Of a stretch of DNA of 64,000 nt, positions 12,909 through 26,689 are shown one piece after another. Under the pieces are notes generated by a model. The model was not told the DNA's origin. It ran no database searches and worked only from the letters and a program-made list of their open reading frames with translations. Origin of the DNA: Eledone cirrhosa (lineage: Eukaryota); the NCBI GenBank assembly GCA_964016885.1, contig OZ024742.1, positions 112,654,001 through 112,718,000 of the forward strand. Reading direction: 5' to 3'. Made by a program: the position numbers and the translations under genes. Numbering within the stretch: the first letter of the stretch is position 1; the number at the start of each line of letters is the position of its first letter.

Positions 12909-13618
12909 TGGGGTAAGCCCAAATCATAGTAGATTCAAACATCACAGAGACAGGCAGAGAGAGTGGGGGAAGGTTCAACAGAAATGAAACATGGGTTACA
13001 GGTTAAAATATAGTCTAGAATCTAGACTTTAGATAGATGAGAAACAAAACGGGGATGTAGTTTATAGAACACCCGAATGACTTAGAAGTCGAACCTAAGT
13101 AGAAGCAATCGCATTAAGAAAGACATAAACGGCACCACATTATTTTTGTATTGAGAAAGTTGAAAGTAGGTTCATAAGTATGAATTTGTATGATATTAGG
13201 TGTCTCTGTTGCCGAGAGATGTGTACTAGAGACGGTCGTTATCCTTGTCTTGGGTTAAATCCTGGTCAACAGGTACATCTAATAATTTTCAGTTTTTATT
13301 TTACACCCCATAGAAAAAAAGTGAAATGGTTTGCCGGGAGCCTTACACACGACCAGCATCGAACTTCAGAACATGATCACCACCGTTTATAATTCATCCA
13401 ATGAAGATCAATAATCATAAACACACTTTCAAAATCAAAGTTAAAATGATGTGTTGTCGTTCATGAAATTCCTACAGCTATTTGTCAGAATTAGGGCACA
13501 CTTGTTAATCTTCTGGCGCTTTGGTAACAACCTTATTATTCATATGTGTATTTAACTGTTGAATTAATTTAATTTGATCATTTTAATAAATAAATAATAT
13601 ATATAAATGTACATATAC
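12906..13618 (+). repeat. ~700-bp interspersed repeat 'family A' (other copies ~20575-21330 and ~26935-27630)
   Basis: Three diverged collinear copies, each ending at (TA)n. Contains two inverted tRNA-like segments. Confidence 0.75.
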
Positions 13619-13629
13619 ATATATATATG

Positions 13630-13745
<116 letters not shown>

Positions 13746-13763
13746 CATGTATGTGAGTGTGTC

Positions 13764-13810
<47 letters not shown>

Positions 13811-13816
<6 letters not shown>

Positions 13817-14031
13817 GCGAGGTTTTTTTTGTTTTTTTTTTGTTTTTCACAAAATGAAAAATGACCGAGGTGTGCTACACGAGCGAAAGTATAAGGGAAG
13901 AAGATGAAATCGAACATGCAACTGGAGTCTTTTTTAAAATAGAATATATATTTATTTGTTTCCTTTACCGGTTTCGAAGTTCTTCTGCTTTTCAAAAGTA
14001 GAATTGAGATGGAGGGTTTGTGGTTTTTCTA
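13811..14031 (-). mobile_element. Inverted copy of the 4722-4932 element (degenerate hammerhead at 13963-13998)
   Basis: Reverse-complement similarity across the whole length; (TA)n on both sides. Confidence 0.6.
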
Positions 14032-14124
<93 letters not shown>

Positions 14125-14127
<3 letters not shown>

Positions 14128-15110
14128 CCTTTATTTGCCACTAGGGCATCAAAAGTGGGACAAGTACAAAGGGGGGAGTTTACACAAAAAGGCGTCCTCA
14201 ATAAGGAGGAGGCAATAACAAAATATAAAAATAAAATAAGATATAACAAAAAATAAAATTTTTAACAAAATCCTCAATAGAGAGGAGGCGCCTTGGGGGG
14301 TCGCACACACCCCCGAAAAAAGTGTGCAACCCTTCTCCTCAGGAGCACAGAGAAGGGGTGCTCCCTTGGTCTTTCATCTTCCTCACCTATAGTCTGATGT
14401 AGAGTGAAGGCCCATTCACACGTGCCATTCTCGCCACTTTCACCCATCTTTCATAGAAACGGCTGGGGTGCAGCACCTCTCTCTCCATCCTGATCCTTCT
14501 TCCGAAATGATATCGGAAGAAACGGACCAGTTGTTGGCCAGAGAGAAAGGTGCCCGACCTCAGTCCTTTCAGACGCGTCCACCATACAACCTCTTTCGCC
14601 ATGGCTATTACGCACAGAAACACCGCCTCTGCTTCATCTTTGAAGGGGGGAGGCGGCTTGATCATTACAATAGACTCGGTGGTCAACCGGATCGGTCCCA
14701 CCCTTGACAGCAGTTGTTCGACATAGCCCCACAGATCGGCTACGCCCGAGCAGTGTACTAATGCGTGTGCAACGGTTTCCTCGTCGCACACGCATCTGGG
14801 ACAGATCTTTTTGGCGGGGTCCATACCCGGGCGCCCGTGTCTGTAGAGCCTTTCTCGAACGGGTAAAGCCCCTCGGTAGCACTGCCAGGCCAGGGACTTC
14901 TGGAAGTTGTCCATAGGTCCCGGGCTGAATGTCCTACCGAACAGGCTGGCCAGTTCGTCCTCCTCCATGTCTAGGGCTTCTCCGAGGGCGTCGTCGCACC
15001 TGCTGCGCACCAGCCCTCTATAGAATGTTGCGGTGGAGTCTCCACTGATAACCGGATCCGCCTGCCAGAGGGCGGTGAGCGCCTGGGCACACTCAGTGTG
15101 CCAGGCGCCC
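14125..15110 (-). mobile_element. 5'-truncated Tx1/L1-clade LINE (ORF2 C-terminus plus 3' UTR)
   Basis: ORF 14387-15010 has the LPVRERL...CPRC...ETVAHALVHC zinc-binding domain, homologous to 60099-60395. AATAAA sits directly before (TA)n. Confidence 0.85.
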
Positions 15111-15426
<316 letters not shown>

Positions 15427-16264
15427 AGAGGGTGTTAAAGTTTGCTTGAAGCATTGTGAAATGTGTAAAAATACGTATTTAAGAAAGCCACAACAATGCA
15501 AAGGGAAATCTCGAGGTAGGAAGTGAAATATAGATAGGAAAAACAGGTGAAAGTGAAAGTTGAGAGAGACAAAGATGAAAACAAAACAAAGGTAGAAGGG
15601 TTACCGTAGTAGAGATTTAATCCGAATATTTCGGGCTCACGCCCATTAACGGGGGAAAAGTTCCAAAAGGGGGGAAAACAGGCCAAGCAGAGAAAGTGGT
15701 GATGTCGTTAAGACAGGAATGCCGTTATGGGGAGAAAAATATTTAAAATTTAAACGAGGGAAAGAATGCGCGTGCGCGTGATAAGCTGTGGCAAAAGCTA
15801 CTGACCAAATGGGTTAAATCAAGAGGGTGCGTTAGCGTGTGAAAGCCGTAAGATATGTGTATGTAAATATATATGTGTGTGTGACTGTGTGTGTATAAGT
15901 GTAAGTGTGTATATGTGTGAGTGTGTGTGTGTGTGAAAGATAGTGGGCTGTAGAAGTTGGAAATCAAAGGGTGTGAAAGGTGGTAGGTTGTAAAATATGT
16001 GTGCGTGTATAAATATAGATGTGTGTGTGTGTAAGCGTATGGGTATACATGTGTGTGTGTAACTGTGTGTGTATATGTGTGAGTGCGTTTGTGTGTGAAA
16101 GATAGTGGGCTGTAGAAGCTGGAAATCAAAGGGTGTGAAAGGTGGTAGGTTGTAAAAACATGTGTGCGTGTAAAATATAGAAGTGTGTGTGCATGCGTAT
16201 AGGTATGCATATACGTGCGTGTGTGTGAAGATAGCAGGCGGTAGGCTGTGTATGGTCATTATGG

Positions 16265-18905
16265 TTAAGTTAGCCATGTCAGCTCATTTCTCTCAGCCCG
16301 GTTGTTAAGTGGGGGTCTGAGGTTCTTAATAATAAGTGCTTCCTTTACCCTTAAGGATCCGATGCTGCGTTCAGTCGCTAGGACTGTGACCAAGGGTCTA
16401 CCCTGTGGGTTTCCGCATTTAAGGATATGTTTAGGGAAGGAAGATGCGTTGGTGTTGATATGTTCCTTGATACGAACATGTAGGGGTCGGATGGTGCTAC
16501 CTATGTAAAACTTGTTACATTTATCGCATTGAATCTTATATACGACATAGGTGCGTAGGCAATCTGCCCCCCGTATCGGGCAGTTGCTGAGGGAACACGT
16601 CCCATCTGCCTCGTAGGGTTTGTTGGAGAGGCATCTTCGCAGCGAAGGTCCTGTGTGGGCCAAATGTATGTCAAGTCCCTCCGTCCGTATGGCCCTGCGG
16701 ATGGCGTTCGTGGTATATTCACTCAGGTGGGGGATTTTAAAGAAGCACCTGCTAATATTAAGTTTTCTAGTGGGTGTCAGTCTACTGCGTCTGGGGTCTC
16801 TAATTCCGTTAATCAGTCGCTTGGGATAACCATTAGATCTGAGTAGATTACGGAATTGCGTGGTACGGGTGAGACCACCCATCGGGTCGCTGCATCTGTT
16901 AGTGATCCGTGTCAGTTCATTTAGGACATAGTCTCTCTTAGCGTTGTTGGGGAGGGCTGAGTTATAATGCACAAATAAGTCCTTGCACGCTGCTTTGCGG
17001 TAGAAAGTGGTGTTTAAGTCTCCTTCTTCCGAGATGTGGATACGGAAGTCGAGGAGGGCGAGTGACCCGTCTTCTCCTGGGTGTTCGATGGTGAAATCGA
17101 TGTGTTGGTCAGTATCGTTGAAGATTTGGTGAATTTCATTCGCCATCTCCCGGGAAGAAGTAAGTATCAGGATATCATCAACGTATCTGGAGTAGAAGGC
17201 GACGGCGTTGGGTTGGCAGGTATTGAGTGCCTTGCGTTCCAGGTGGTCCATGTACGAGATCGCAAGTATGCCGGACAGACTAGAGCCCATAGGTAGCCCA
17301 GAGATTTGTTTGTACGTGTGGCCGAGGAAATTGAAGAGTGCATTATCCACAACGAAGGAGAGGAGTTGGTGGATGTCCGTGTGTGTGAGTCCGAAGCAGT
17401 GTAAGTTAGATGCTCGGACTCGTTCGGTCAACAGGTCGACAGCTGGGGATGCTGGTACGGAGGTATAAAGGGCGACCACATCAAGACTGAAGGCATAACC
17501 GTTGTCCTTTCTGGTGTTGGGCGCCAGATGGTGTAGTCGCTCCAAGACTTCCTTTGAGCTGCAGACGTGGGCTGGTAGTGTGTGTAGAATAGGTTTCAGT
17601 AGTGTGGAGAGCAGCCACGATATTTTATAGAGTGGGCCCTCCACGCTAGAGACAATGGGCCTGATTTTCAAATCGGGTCCTTGTTTATGTGTTTTGACCA
17701 GGTGGTAGAAGATGGGTAATTTGCTGTTTCGAGTAATTATGTTGTTTTTTACCTTCTTTGGCAGTTTTCGTTGGACACAGATGTTAGTCCATATGGTGTT
17801 AATGCCTTCCTCGATTAGAGTCGAGGAGGTCCCTGTGACTTTCGAGTAGAGGCTGTGGTCATTAAGATGTTGGAGAGCTAAGTTGTTGTAGGTCTCTCTC
17901 GAGATGACACAGAATTCTTTACCCTTGTCAGAGGGAAGGTACACAAGGTTCCTGGATCTTAGGTTGGTGAGAGTATTAAATTGTGCATTGGTGAGGTTGT
18001 GTTTATTGTGTGTGTGTGTGTGTTGGGAAAGGATGTTAGAGATAGAATGTTTCAACCTGAGTAGTTTAGTGTCAAGTTCGTGGTTGGTGGGTGGGGGGGT
18101 GGAGGGGTTTGTCGAGGTGATACGTGGGGAGTGTGGGGTGGGTTGTGGGGTTGTAATCGATCTCGGTGTTGTTTTGGATGGCGGTTAGCCATTTCAGTTG
18201 ATAAGCTGTCCGACAGAAGTTGGTTTCGATGTCGAGTTTCAGTCTATCATCGAGACGCTGTGTAATGATGAACTTGGGTCCGAGGCGCAGAAGTTCGAGT
18301 TCGTCGTTGGTGAGGGTACCGGTTAAGTCGGTAACGAGGTGTGAAGCATCGTTGGTAGGTAGATCGATGTTGGGGGGTGTAGCGGAGGGTGTTGTACAGC
18401 TGTAGTTCCTGGTGTGGTTGTAGTCGGTCCGTCTGTGGGAGCGGATGTTGTCAATGTAGTATTTGTTTACAGTCCATTCGTATTTCCGTACAAGGCGCTG
18501 TTTATCAAATTTGACTCTGGTGTGGTAACACTGATCTATAGCTTTGCGTATATCCTGAACTTGGTGGTCAGGGGTGAGGATTGGAGCTATACGATCTAAG
18601 TGCTCAGAAAGCGTTTGTATATGGAGTCGCAGTTGGTGGTGGTTGTGTCGTAGTATTTTCTTGATAAACGTGCGTTGAATGTGGCGGATGGTGTTTTCGA
18701 AGGATGGTGATCGTAAACATTCGGGTAGATGTATATTCCTGATGGTGATTGGAATGATGTTGTTCTTTAGGCAGCGTTTTAAGAAGGTAATTTGGCAACC
18801 GAGTTTGGCACGATTCTCCGATAGTCTGAATAGGTCCCTTATGGGTGCAAACAAGTCCTGGCTCAGGTGTAATGATAAGAGGGTGTTAAAGTTTGCTTGA
18901 AGCAT
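16265..18905 (-). CDS. PLE polyprotein (N-terminal domain, RT, Cys linker, GIY-YIG endonuclease) with one frameshift near 18093-18099
   Basis: Motifs PSDKG, IRPIVS, SLDVVALYT, GLPMGS, RYVDD, LDF, VVYKIQC..C..FYIGST and EALII. ORFs 18905-18072 and 18055-16265 join if one base is corrected in a G7 run. Confidence 0.9.
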
Positions 18906-19071
18906 TGTGAAATGTGTAAAAATACGTATTTAAGAAAGCCACAACAATGCAAAGGGAAATCTCGAGGTAGGAAGTGAAATATAGATAGGAAAAACAGGTG
19001 AAAGTGAAAGTTGAGAGAGACAAAGATGAAAACAAAACAAAGGTAGAAGCGTTACCGTAGTAGAGATTTAA

Positions 19072-19107
19072 TCCCAATATTTCGGGCTCACGCCCATCAA
19101 CGGGGGA
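19072..19107 (-). ncRNA. Variant-core minimal hammerhead-like motif in the PLE pLTR (second copy 15621-15656)
   Basis: tccc-CCGTTGA-t gggc gtga gccc-GAAA-taTT-ggga. Correct architecture, non-canonical core. Confidence 0.5.
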
Positions 19108-20133
19108 AAAGTTCCAAAAGGGGGGAAAACAGGCCAAGCAGAGAAAGTGGTGATGTCGTTAAGACAGGAATGCCGTTATGGGGAGAAAAATATTTAAAAT
19201 TTAAACGAGGGAAAGAATGCGCGTGCGCGTGATAATCTGTGGCAAAAGCTACTGACCAAATGGGTTAAATCAAGAGGGTGCGTTAGCGTGTGAAAGCCGT
19301 AAGATATGTGTATGTAAATATATATGTGTGTGTGACTGTGTGTGTGTAAGTGTAAGTGTGTATATGTGTGAGTGTGTGTGTGGAAGATAGTGGGCTGTAG
19401 AAGTTGGAAATCAAAGGGTGTGAAAAGTGGTAGGTTGTAAAATATGTGTGCGTGTATAAATATAGATGTGTGTGTGTGTAAGCGTATGGGTATACATGTG
19501 TGTGTGTAACTGTGTGTGTATATGTGTGAGTGCGTTTGTGTGTGAAAGATAGTGGGCTGTAGAAGCTGGAAATCAAAGGGTGTGAAAGGTGGTAGGTTGT
19601 AAAAACATGTGTGCGTGTAAAATATAGAAGTGTGTGTGTATGCGTATGGGTATGTATATACGTGCGTGTGTGTGAAGATAGCAGGCCGTAGGCTGTGAAT
19701 GGTCACTATGGTTAAGTTAGCCATGTCAGCTCATTTCTCTCAGCCCGGTTGTTAAGTGGGGGTCTGAGGTTCTTAATAACAAGTGCTTCCTTTATCCTTA
19801 AGGATCCGATGCTGCGTTCAGTCGCTAGGACTGTGACCAAGGGTCTACCCTGTGGGTTTCCGCATTTAAGGATATGTTTACGGAAGGAAGATGCGTTGGT
19901 GTTGATATGTTCCTTGATACGAACATGTAGGGGTCGGATGGTGCTACCTATGTAAAACTTGTTACATTTATCGCATTGAATCTTATATACGACATAGGTG
20001 CGTAGGCAATCTGCCCCCCGTATCGGGCAGTTGCTGAGGGAACACGTCCCATCTGCCTCGTAGGGTTTGTTGGAGAGGCATCTTCGCAGCGAAGGTCCTG
20101 TGTGGGCCAAATGTATGTCAAGTCCCTCCGTCC

Positions 20134-20543
20134 GTATATGTACATTTATATATATTATTTATTTATTACAATTTATATATATTATTTATTTATTAAAATG
20201 ATCAAATTAAATTAATTCAACAGTTAAATACACATATGAATAATAAGGTTGTTACCAAAGCGCCAGAAGATTAACAAGTGTGCCCTAATTCTGACAAATA
20301 GCTGTAGGAATTCCATGAACGACAACACATCATTTTAACTTTGATTTTGAAAGTGTGTTTATGATTATTGATCTTCATTGGATGAATTATAAACGGTGGT
20401 GATCATGTTCTGAAGTTCGATGCTGATCGTGTGTAAGGCTCCCGGCAAACCATTTAACTTTTTTTCTATGGGGTGTAAAATAAAAACTGAAAATTATTAG
20501 ATGTACCTGTTGACCAGGATTGAACCCAAGACAAGGATAACGA
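20134..20543 (-). repeat. Inverted duplication of host flank 13236-13618 fused to the PLE 5' end
   Basis: Only a few mismatches plus a ~27-bp local duplication. GTAT microhomology at the junction. Confidence 0.9.
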
Positions 20544-21331
20544 TATATAATCTCATTATACATCTTAATCTGACGTGCAGAAACATATACATATGAATAT
20601 AGTAAGCGCAAATCAGAGTATATTCAAATATCAGATATATATATATATAGAGAGAGAGGGAGCGAGAAAGAGAGGGGTGATATGGAGCAACAGAAATGAT
20701 ACATGGAATACAGCTTAAATTATAGTCTAGAATCTAGTCTTTAGAAAGATGAGAATCAAAACGAGGATGTTCTTTATGGAACACCCACATGATTTAGAAA
20801 TCGACCTTAAGTAGACATGATTGACAACACACCATTTTGTATTGAACATTTTGAAAGTGGGTTTATAAGTATGGATTTTCATAAAATCTTTCGTAGTTGT
20901 CTCAGTGGCCTAGCGGTGGGTACTACATACTGTGGATATCCTGGCATTTGGTTCAATCCTTGTCAACAGGTACATGTAATATTTTACAGTTTTTATTTCA
21001 TGTCCCATAGAAAATAAACTGAATATATTTACCGGGAAGAGTATTCCAGACCATGATCGAACTTATAACCTGGATCACCACCGTCTATGATTCCTCCAAC
21101 AAAGCCGCCGAGATAGGTAGAATCATATAATGTATATTTATAATTAGAAATCTACATTCAAAATCGAAGTTAAAAGTGATGTGTTGTCGTTCATGGCTTT
21201 CCTAGTGCTATTAGTTATATTTATGTCCATCTGCTGGCTCTCTGGTGAGAACCTTTATTATTTATATGTGTATTTAACTGTTGAATTAATTTAATCTGAT
21301 TATTTTAACAAACAAATAATATATATACATA

Positions 21332-21415
<84 letters not shown>

Positions 21416-21538
21416 GTATTACATAACAATTGTAAGCAAATAAATGACTTAAACTGAACTTTGATTACTGTAATCTCTATATATATGTATATATATAAAA
21501 ATGAAAATCCGAAGGCTAGGTAAAATTCCAATCATTTA

Positions 21539-21614
21539 CTCACGACACATGTTTCAATAAGAGATAGATCGATTGTGAAGCCATGATCGATTTTCACTGA
21601 TCTCATCAGGTGAA
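21539..21614 (-). ncRNA. Type I hammerhead ribozyme in a ~345-bp inter-(TA)n segment (21415-21760)
   Basis: ttcac-CTGATGA-(long imperfect stem II)-GAAA-catgtGTC-gtgag. Canonical GUC triplet. Confidence 0.65.
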
Positions 21615-21757
21615 AATGAATTGTCTTCAAATTCTTGATATGAGGGAGAAAAAATAACGATGTTCTCTCACAGAATTCATTCCCTCATATGGAGACACAC
21701 CAGTCAGTCAGAGACACGGCGACTGCTATTAGCTTCAGTTGAGGTCATAAACGTTCA

Positions 21758-21816
<59 letters not shown>

Positions 21817-21835
21817 TGTATAAATATATATATAC

Positions 21836-22205
<370 letters not shown>

Positions 22206-22209
22206 GTGG

Positions 22210-25200
22210 AGATATTACATTTATTGAGGTTGATAGAAAATTATGATTGAGTATGCAAATGAATGTCCGAAAGGTTGAAAAGATAATGTGAGGGACAGAG
22301 AAAAAAAAAGGAAGAAATAAAAGTGTGAGGAGCGATTATTTCTATTTTTGACAGTGAAAATAGTGTGAAGAGAAGAGCGTAATTATATTTTTAAGCGAGA
22401 GAAAATATTAGTTACAAAGGACAAATACAGCGTAAGTATATTTACGTGAGAGGAAAAAAGAAGAAATGAAGAAGAAATGAGAATAGCCTGGAGGAATAAT
22501 AATTATAATGCAGGATTCGTTAAGTTTTGATTATAATATTTATAATGATAGGTTGAAAAAAATAGATTAAAGGTTTAATTTAATAATTTAATAATTAGTT
22601 TAAATGTGTATGTTAAGGATTATAAATTATTAAAAAATATATATTATTTTACATTAGTGCAAATCTAGTTTAGTTTATTTTATTAAAAGTTGTCAGTCAA
22701 CAATTTTAAATATCCAAATAATTCTAAACTTATGGAAAATTTTCGAGAGTTTACAAAAGAATAACCACACTAGTTATATTATAAAAACAGTAAAGGAGCG
22801 TAAAGGAAGTTATAAGTGATTTTTTAAGAACTCAGATGACTCTAAGGATTAAATGCTATAAAGTTAAGAAGTTAAATTTTCGATCTTAAGAATATAATTA
22901 GAACATGAACCTTATGTTATTTTATACGAAGTCATAAATTTACTTGCTATAAAGTTAGAAGATTTAAACCTTTTCTTAAGAATATATTGAAAGCATAAAC
23001 CATAGGTTACTCCACATATATATAAAAAAAAAACATGTTTTTCCACATATATAAAAATATTTGGATATATATATTAAAAACTTTGAAAATATAAGAATAT
23101 AAAAATATAGTTTTTCTATATCTTTCAAATGAATGTTCAAAAGATGTTCTTAAACCCTTCGGTAAGTTTTTCAAGAAAACGATTTTCTTAAAGGAGTTGC
23201 AAGCAGTCATATAAAGGAATTTAATAATCTATAGATAGGTGTAATAGTATATATGTGAAGTAGAGATAATAGGAAATAAATTAAGTATATGAATCATATA
23301 TGGATATAGAAGACATTATGTAAAACAATAAGTCGTATATATTTCATATATATATTTAAAAGTTGAATTTAAACGATGTTTGCAAGAACTGAATAAATTG
23401 TTCCTCAAATTAAGAGAGTTCTTACTTTTTAGCATAAATAATATTTCTTCGACACAAAGGGAACACTTTTTGGATACAGCAGTGTATGAAGGAGCTTTGG
23501 AAATAATATTCCAAAGTAAAGAATAGTTAATGTTCTTTGATTTCATGTCCCAAAGTAAGTTGAAGATGTTTTACCAATATTCGTAAAATAATATTTGTGG
23601 TTATTAAAAGGGGACTTGAAGTCTGTGGAGGTAGAGCCTACATAATTAAAGGAGTTTACATCTGTTTTAACATTACAATTGTATACTATATTTTTAACTA
23701 AACAATTATTATTTAGAGGCCAGTTAGATTTATTTCTACAATTACATTTATCTAACTGTAAATTACTGGGAGCCGTAGTATTATATTGGATATTGCTAGG
23801 GGTATTAATGCTATTCTGGTTAGGTTTTAAGTTTCTATTATTAATTCTATTAATATTCTGCGCTAAATTCATAGTGGTGGAATATGAGAGTTTAATAGTA
23901 TGTCGATTAAATATTGAGTAATACCTGTGTGTTCTATGACAGCATTTATCTAGAGCTTTGAAGAATACTTTTGCAATAAGAGTGTTAATACTTAATGAGA
24001 AAGGGGTAGCGAACCATAATATATTTCTAGTTTTATTTTTTCTTTTGGTTTTCGAGTTAGTGTAAGGTTTTCTATTATAATAATTATAGTTATGATTAGT
24101 TGGCACATCCTTATTATCAATGTATTTGATGTTCTTACTATAGCCTGCTCTACCTAACGCTTCGTTATAATATTGTGCCTTATCTTAAAATATATTTTTA
24201 TTAGCTGAAATTCTAGAAATACGTTGCTGCACAGAATTTACAATAGTGTTTTTAACGGATCTGGGGTGATTGGAATTAAAGTTAACATAGTTTAGATTCT
24301 TATTTATTTCATGAAATGGATAATAAAGACCAGTGTTAAGGTTTAAAGTCACATCTAAAAAATTAACTATTTTATAATTATTCTCTACTTCTACTTTAAG
24401 ATTAAGCAATTAAAAAATTGTATAATTTCTTTTCTTTTCCTATTTATTTCACAATTATTATTATTTTCTATAATAAATAGCATATCATCACGATATAAAC
24501 CACTGGTCATCTCCGGTATTTTCCTATGTAAAGTATTGTTAATAAAAAGCCCCACAAGATCCGTTAATTGTGCCGAGTCGGATGATCCCATAGTAATATC
24601 AACATTATTATCTATGTCTGCTCCAGTCCAGAGGTGGTTGTTAAATTTAATTAATATTTTACGTCCAGATAAGATAATGTGCATTACATCACTAGTTAAA
24701 TCTGTATATTTAAATTCATATGTAAGAGCTTTATTAAGTAGAATAGGAGTGATAGATGAGTAATAATTAGCAATATCCAATTGAATAAATGTATTGTTAT
24801 ACTTATATTTAATGTCCATAAACTAGTCGATAACTTCATTACTCCCATTCCATAATTTTAAATATTTCCTTAAGTTGTGGTATGATTCTATCTAAAATAT
24901 TCTTGCTAAGTATGCCAACGTCCGATTTAGATGGTGCAATCAATCTAACTGGTAATTCAATTTCAAAATTTCTGTTATGGTCCTTCATATTAATTTTTGG
25001 TTTCCTAGGCATGAAGGGATTTTCGATGCCTATTTCCTGCATTATATAAGAAGCTTCCTTATTTAGTTTTTCAAGGTCATCACTGGTTGTTCTTTTGTAA
25101 TTATTCCTTAATTCCTTCAATATAAGATCATTGTGATTATCCTTTTGCATTCCATAAAGATTGTTGGTTTTATCTGATTTAACTAGAATGTTTTCCGTTT

Positions 25201-25410
25201 TTCAAATGTTTCTATATTGTTTCTGAGACTTTTTAGGTAATCCTGGCCTCCGAAGTGGTTTTTCTTAAATTTAATGTTTTGTATGATAGCGATAATCTCA
25301 TTTTCAAATTCCATTAATAGTTTATTGGAAGGTGGATTCTTCTTGGATTTGAAGATTCTATCAATATTGGAAATATTTTCTTTATATATATATTTTATAT
25401 ATAATTTCTT
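22210..25410 (-). pseudogene. Decayed PLE (RT plus GIY-YIG)
   Basis: Fragments PVRLIAP, QLDIANYYSSI, ITMGS, LYRDD, NFLDV, CNCR...CL..IVY..YVGST and CSLC.EE...LN...CKH. Many stops and frameshifts. Confidence 0.85.
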
Positions 25411-25623
25411 TATATATATATATTGTAAAATTATATAGTGACGAAACATACGCCAATTGCATGTACGCATAATCCTTTATTTACTGCTATATATATTTCG
25501 ATGATAGCCATTGAGATGGCTATGACCTCAACAGGCAGTCAGTCAGCTCTTAGATATGCCAGCTCTGTGTTTTTTGTGTTGATGGTTTCAGAGCTTGGGT
25601 CATATATATATATATATAGTGAC

Positions 25624-26689
25624 AAGGAGGATTTGTTACTCCTTCATTACATTTATTTGTTGTTGACGCGCGTTTCGCCACTGATCAGCTTAAGGTTCGA
25701 TCTGTATCGATCTTACATGACTCTGTAATCTTCAGTTCGACGGACCTCTTGAATTGCTAGTAGAAAATGAATACATGCTATATGATAAAGTCAGAAGTTC
25801 ATATGTTGGTCAATAAAGTTTGTTTTGATGGATGCGACATGATATTTACAAAATCTGAACTTACAAAGGGTTACATGTTTTAAAACAAATGCTCTGAGAT
25901 AAGGGACGGTGTGGCACGGCAAAGGTGGTTATCACTATGTTGAGTGATGGCTAGTGTGCGGCCCTCGGCCGAATGTGTGTGCAGAGAAGGTTTTCAACCT
26001 GGTGTGTCTACAATTTATAATGTCTGAGTTTATGGCAGATTTTAATTTAATTATCTCAGCCGCCTCGGCCAGGCATAACCAGCAATGGTTTCTGTCACTG
26101 TGGAGTTGGGCCACGTATCTTTTGACTGACCATATGATCTGGAATTCGATGTACCTGTCTTTGAGGTCACAGATCAAATCGACGAGCCTTGTTTAGGATC
26201 ATTTGAGCTTATGTTCAAAGGAGCTTCTATGGTTATACCAGCGCTGCTTAAACGTAGTGGAGGTCGCACCTATATATGAGTACTCTTTATTGCCATATGT
26301 GACATCACACCACACCCACACCACACACAAAATAAGCAACAAATATATGCCAATCTGTCTACCGACAATCCACCCACCCCACATCACCGTCAACCTCAGC
26401 CTGCGAACGTCACCATCATCTTATCATCACATCCACCCCCACTTGCACTACAGGCAAATATATCCCTATGAACTATACCACCAATCAAAACAGACTTTAT
26501 TGGCCAACATATGAACTTCTGACTTTATCATATAGCATGTATTCATTTTCTACTAGCATTTCAAGGGGTCCGTCGAGCTGAAGTTTACAGAGTCGGGTAA
26601 GATCGATACAGATCGAAGGTTGAGCTGATCATTGGCGAAACGCGCGTCACCAAACAATATATTTAATGAAGGAGTAACCAATCCTCCTT
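25624..26689. mobile_element. Fold-back PLE remnant with internal GIY-YIG fragment
   Basis: Inverted arms 25624-25829 and 26484-26689. Minus-strand YIGATSTTFKQRWYNH and CWLCLAEA...CRH. Arms contain CTGAAG(A)...GAAAcgcgcGTC, which is hammerhead-like. Confidence 0.8.
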
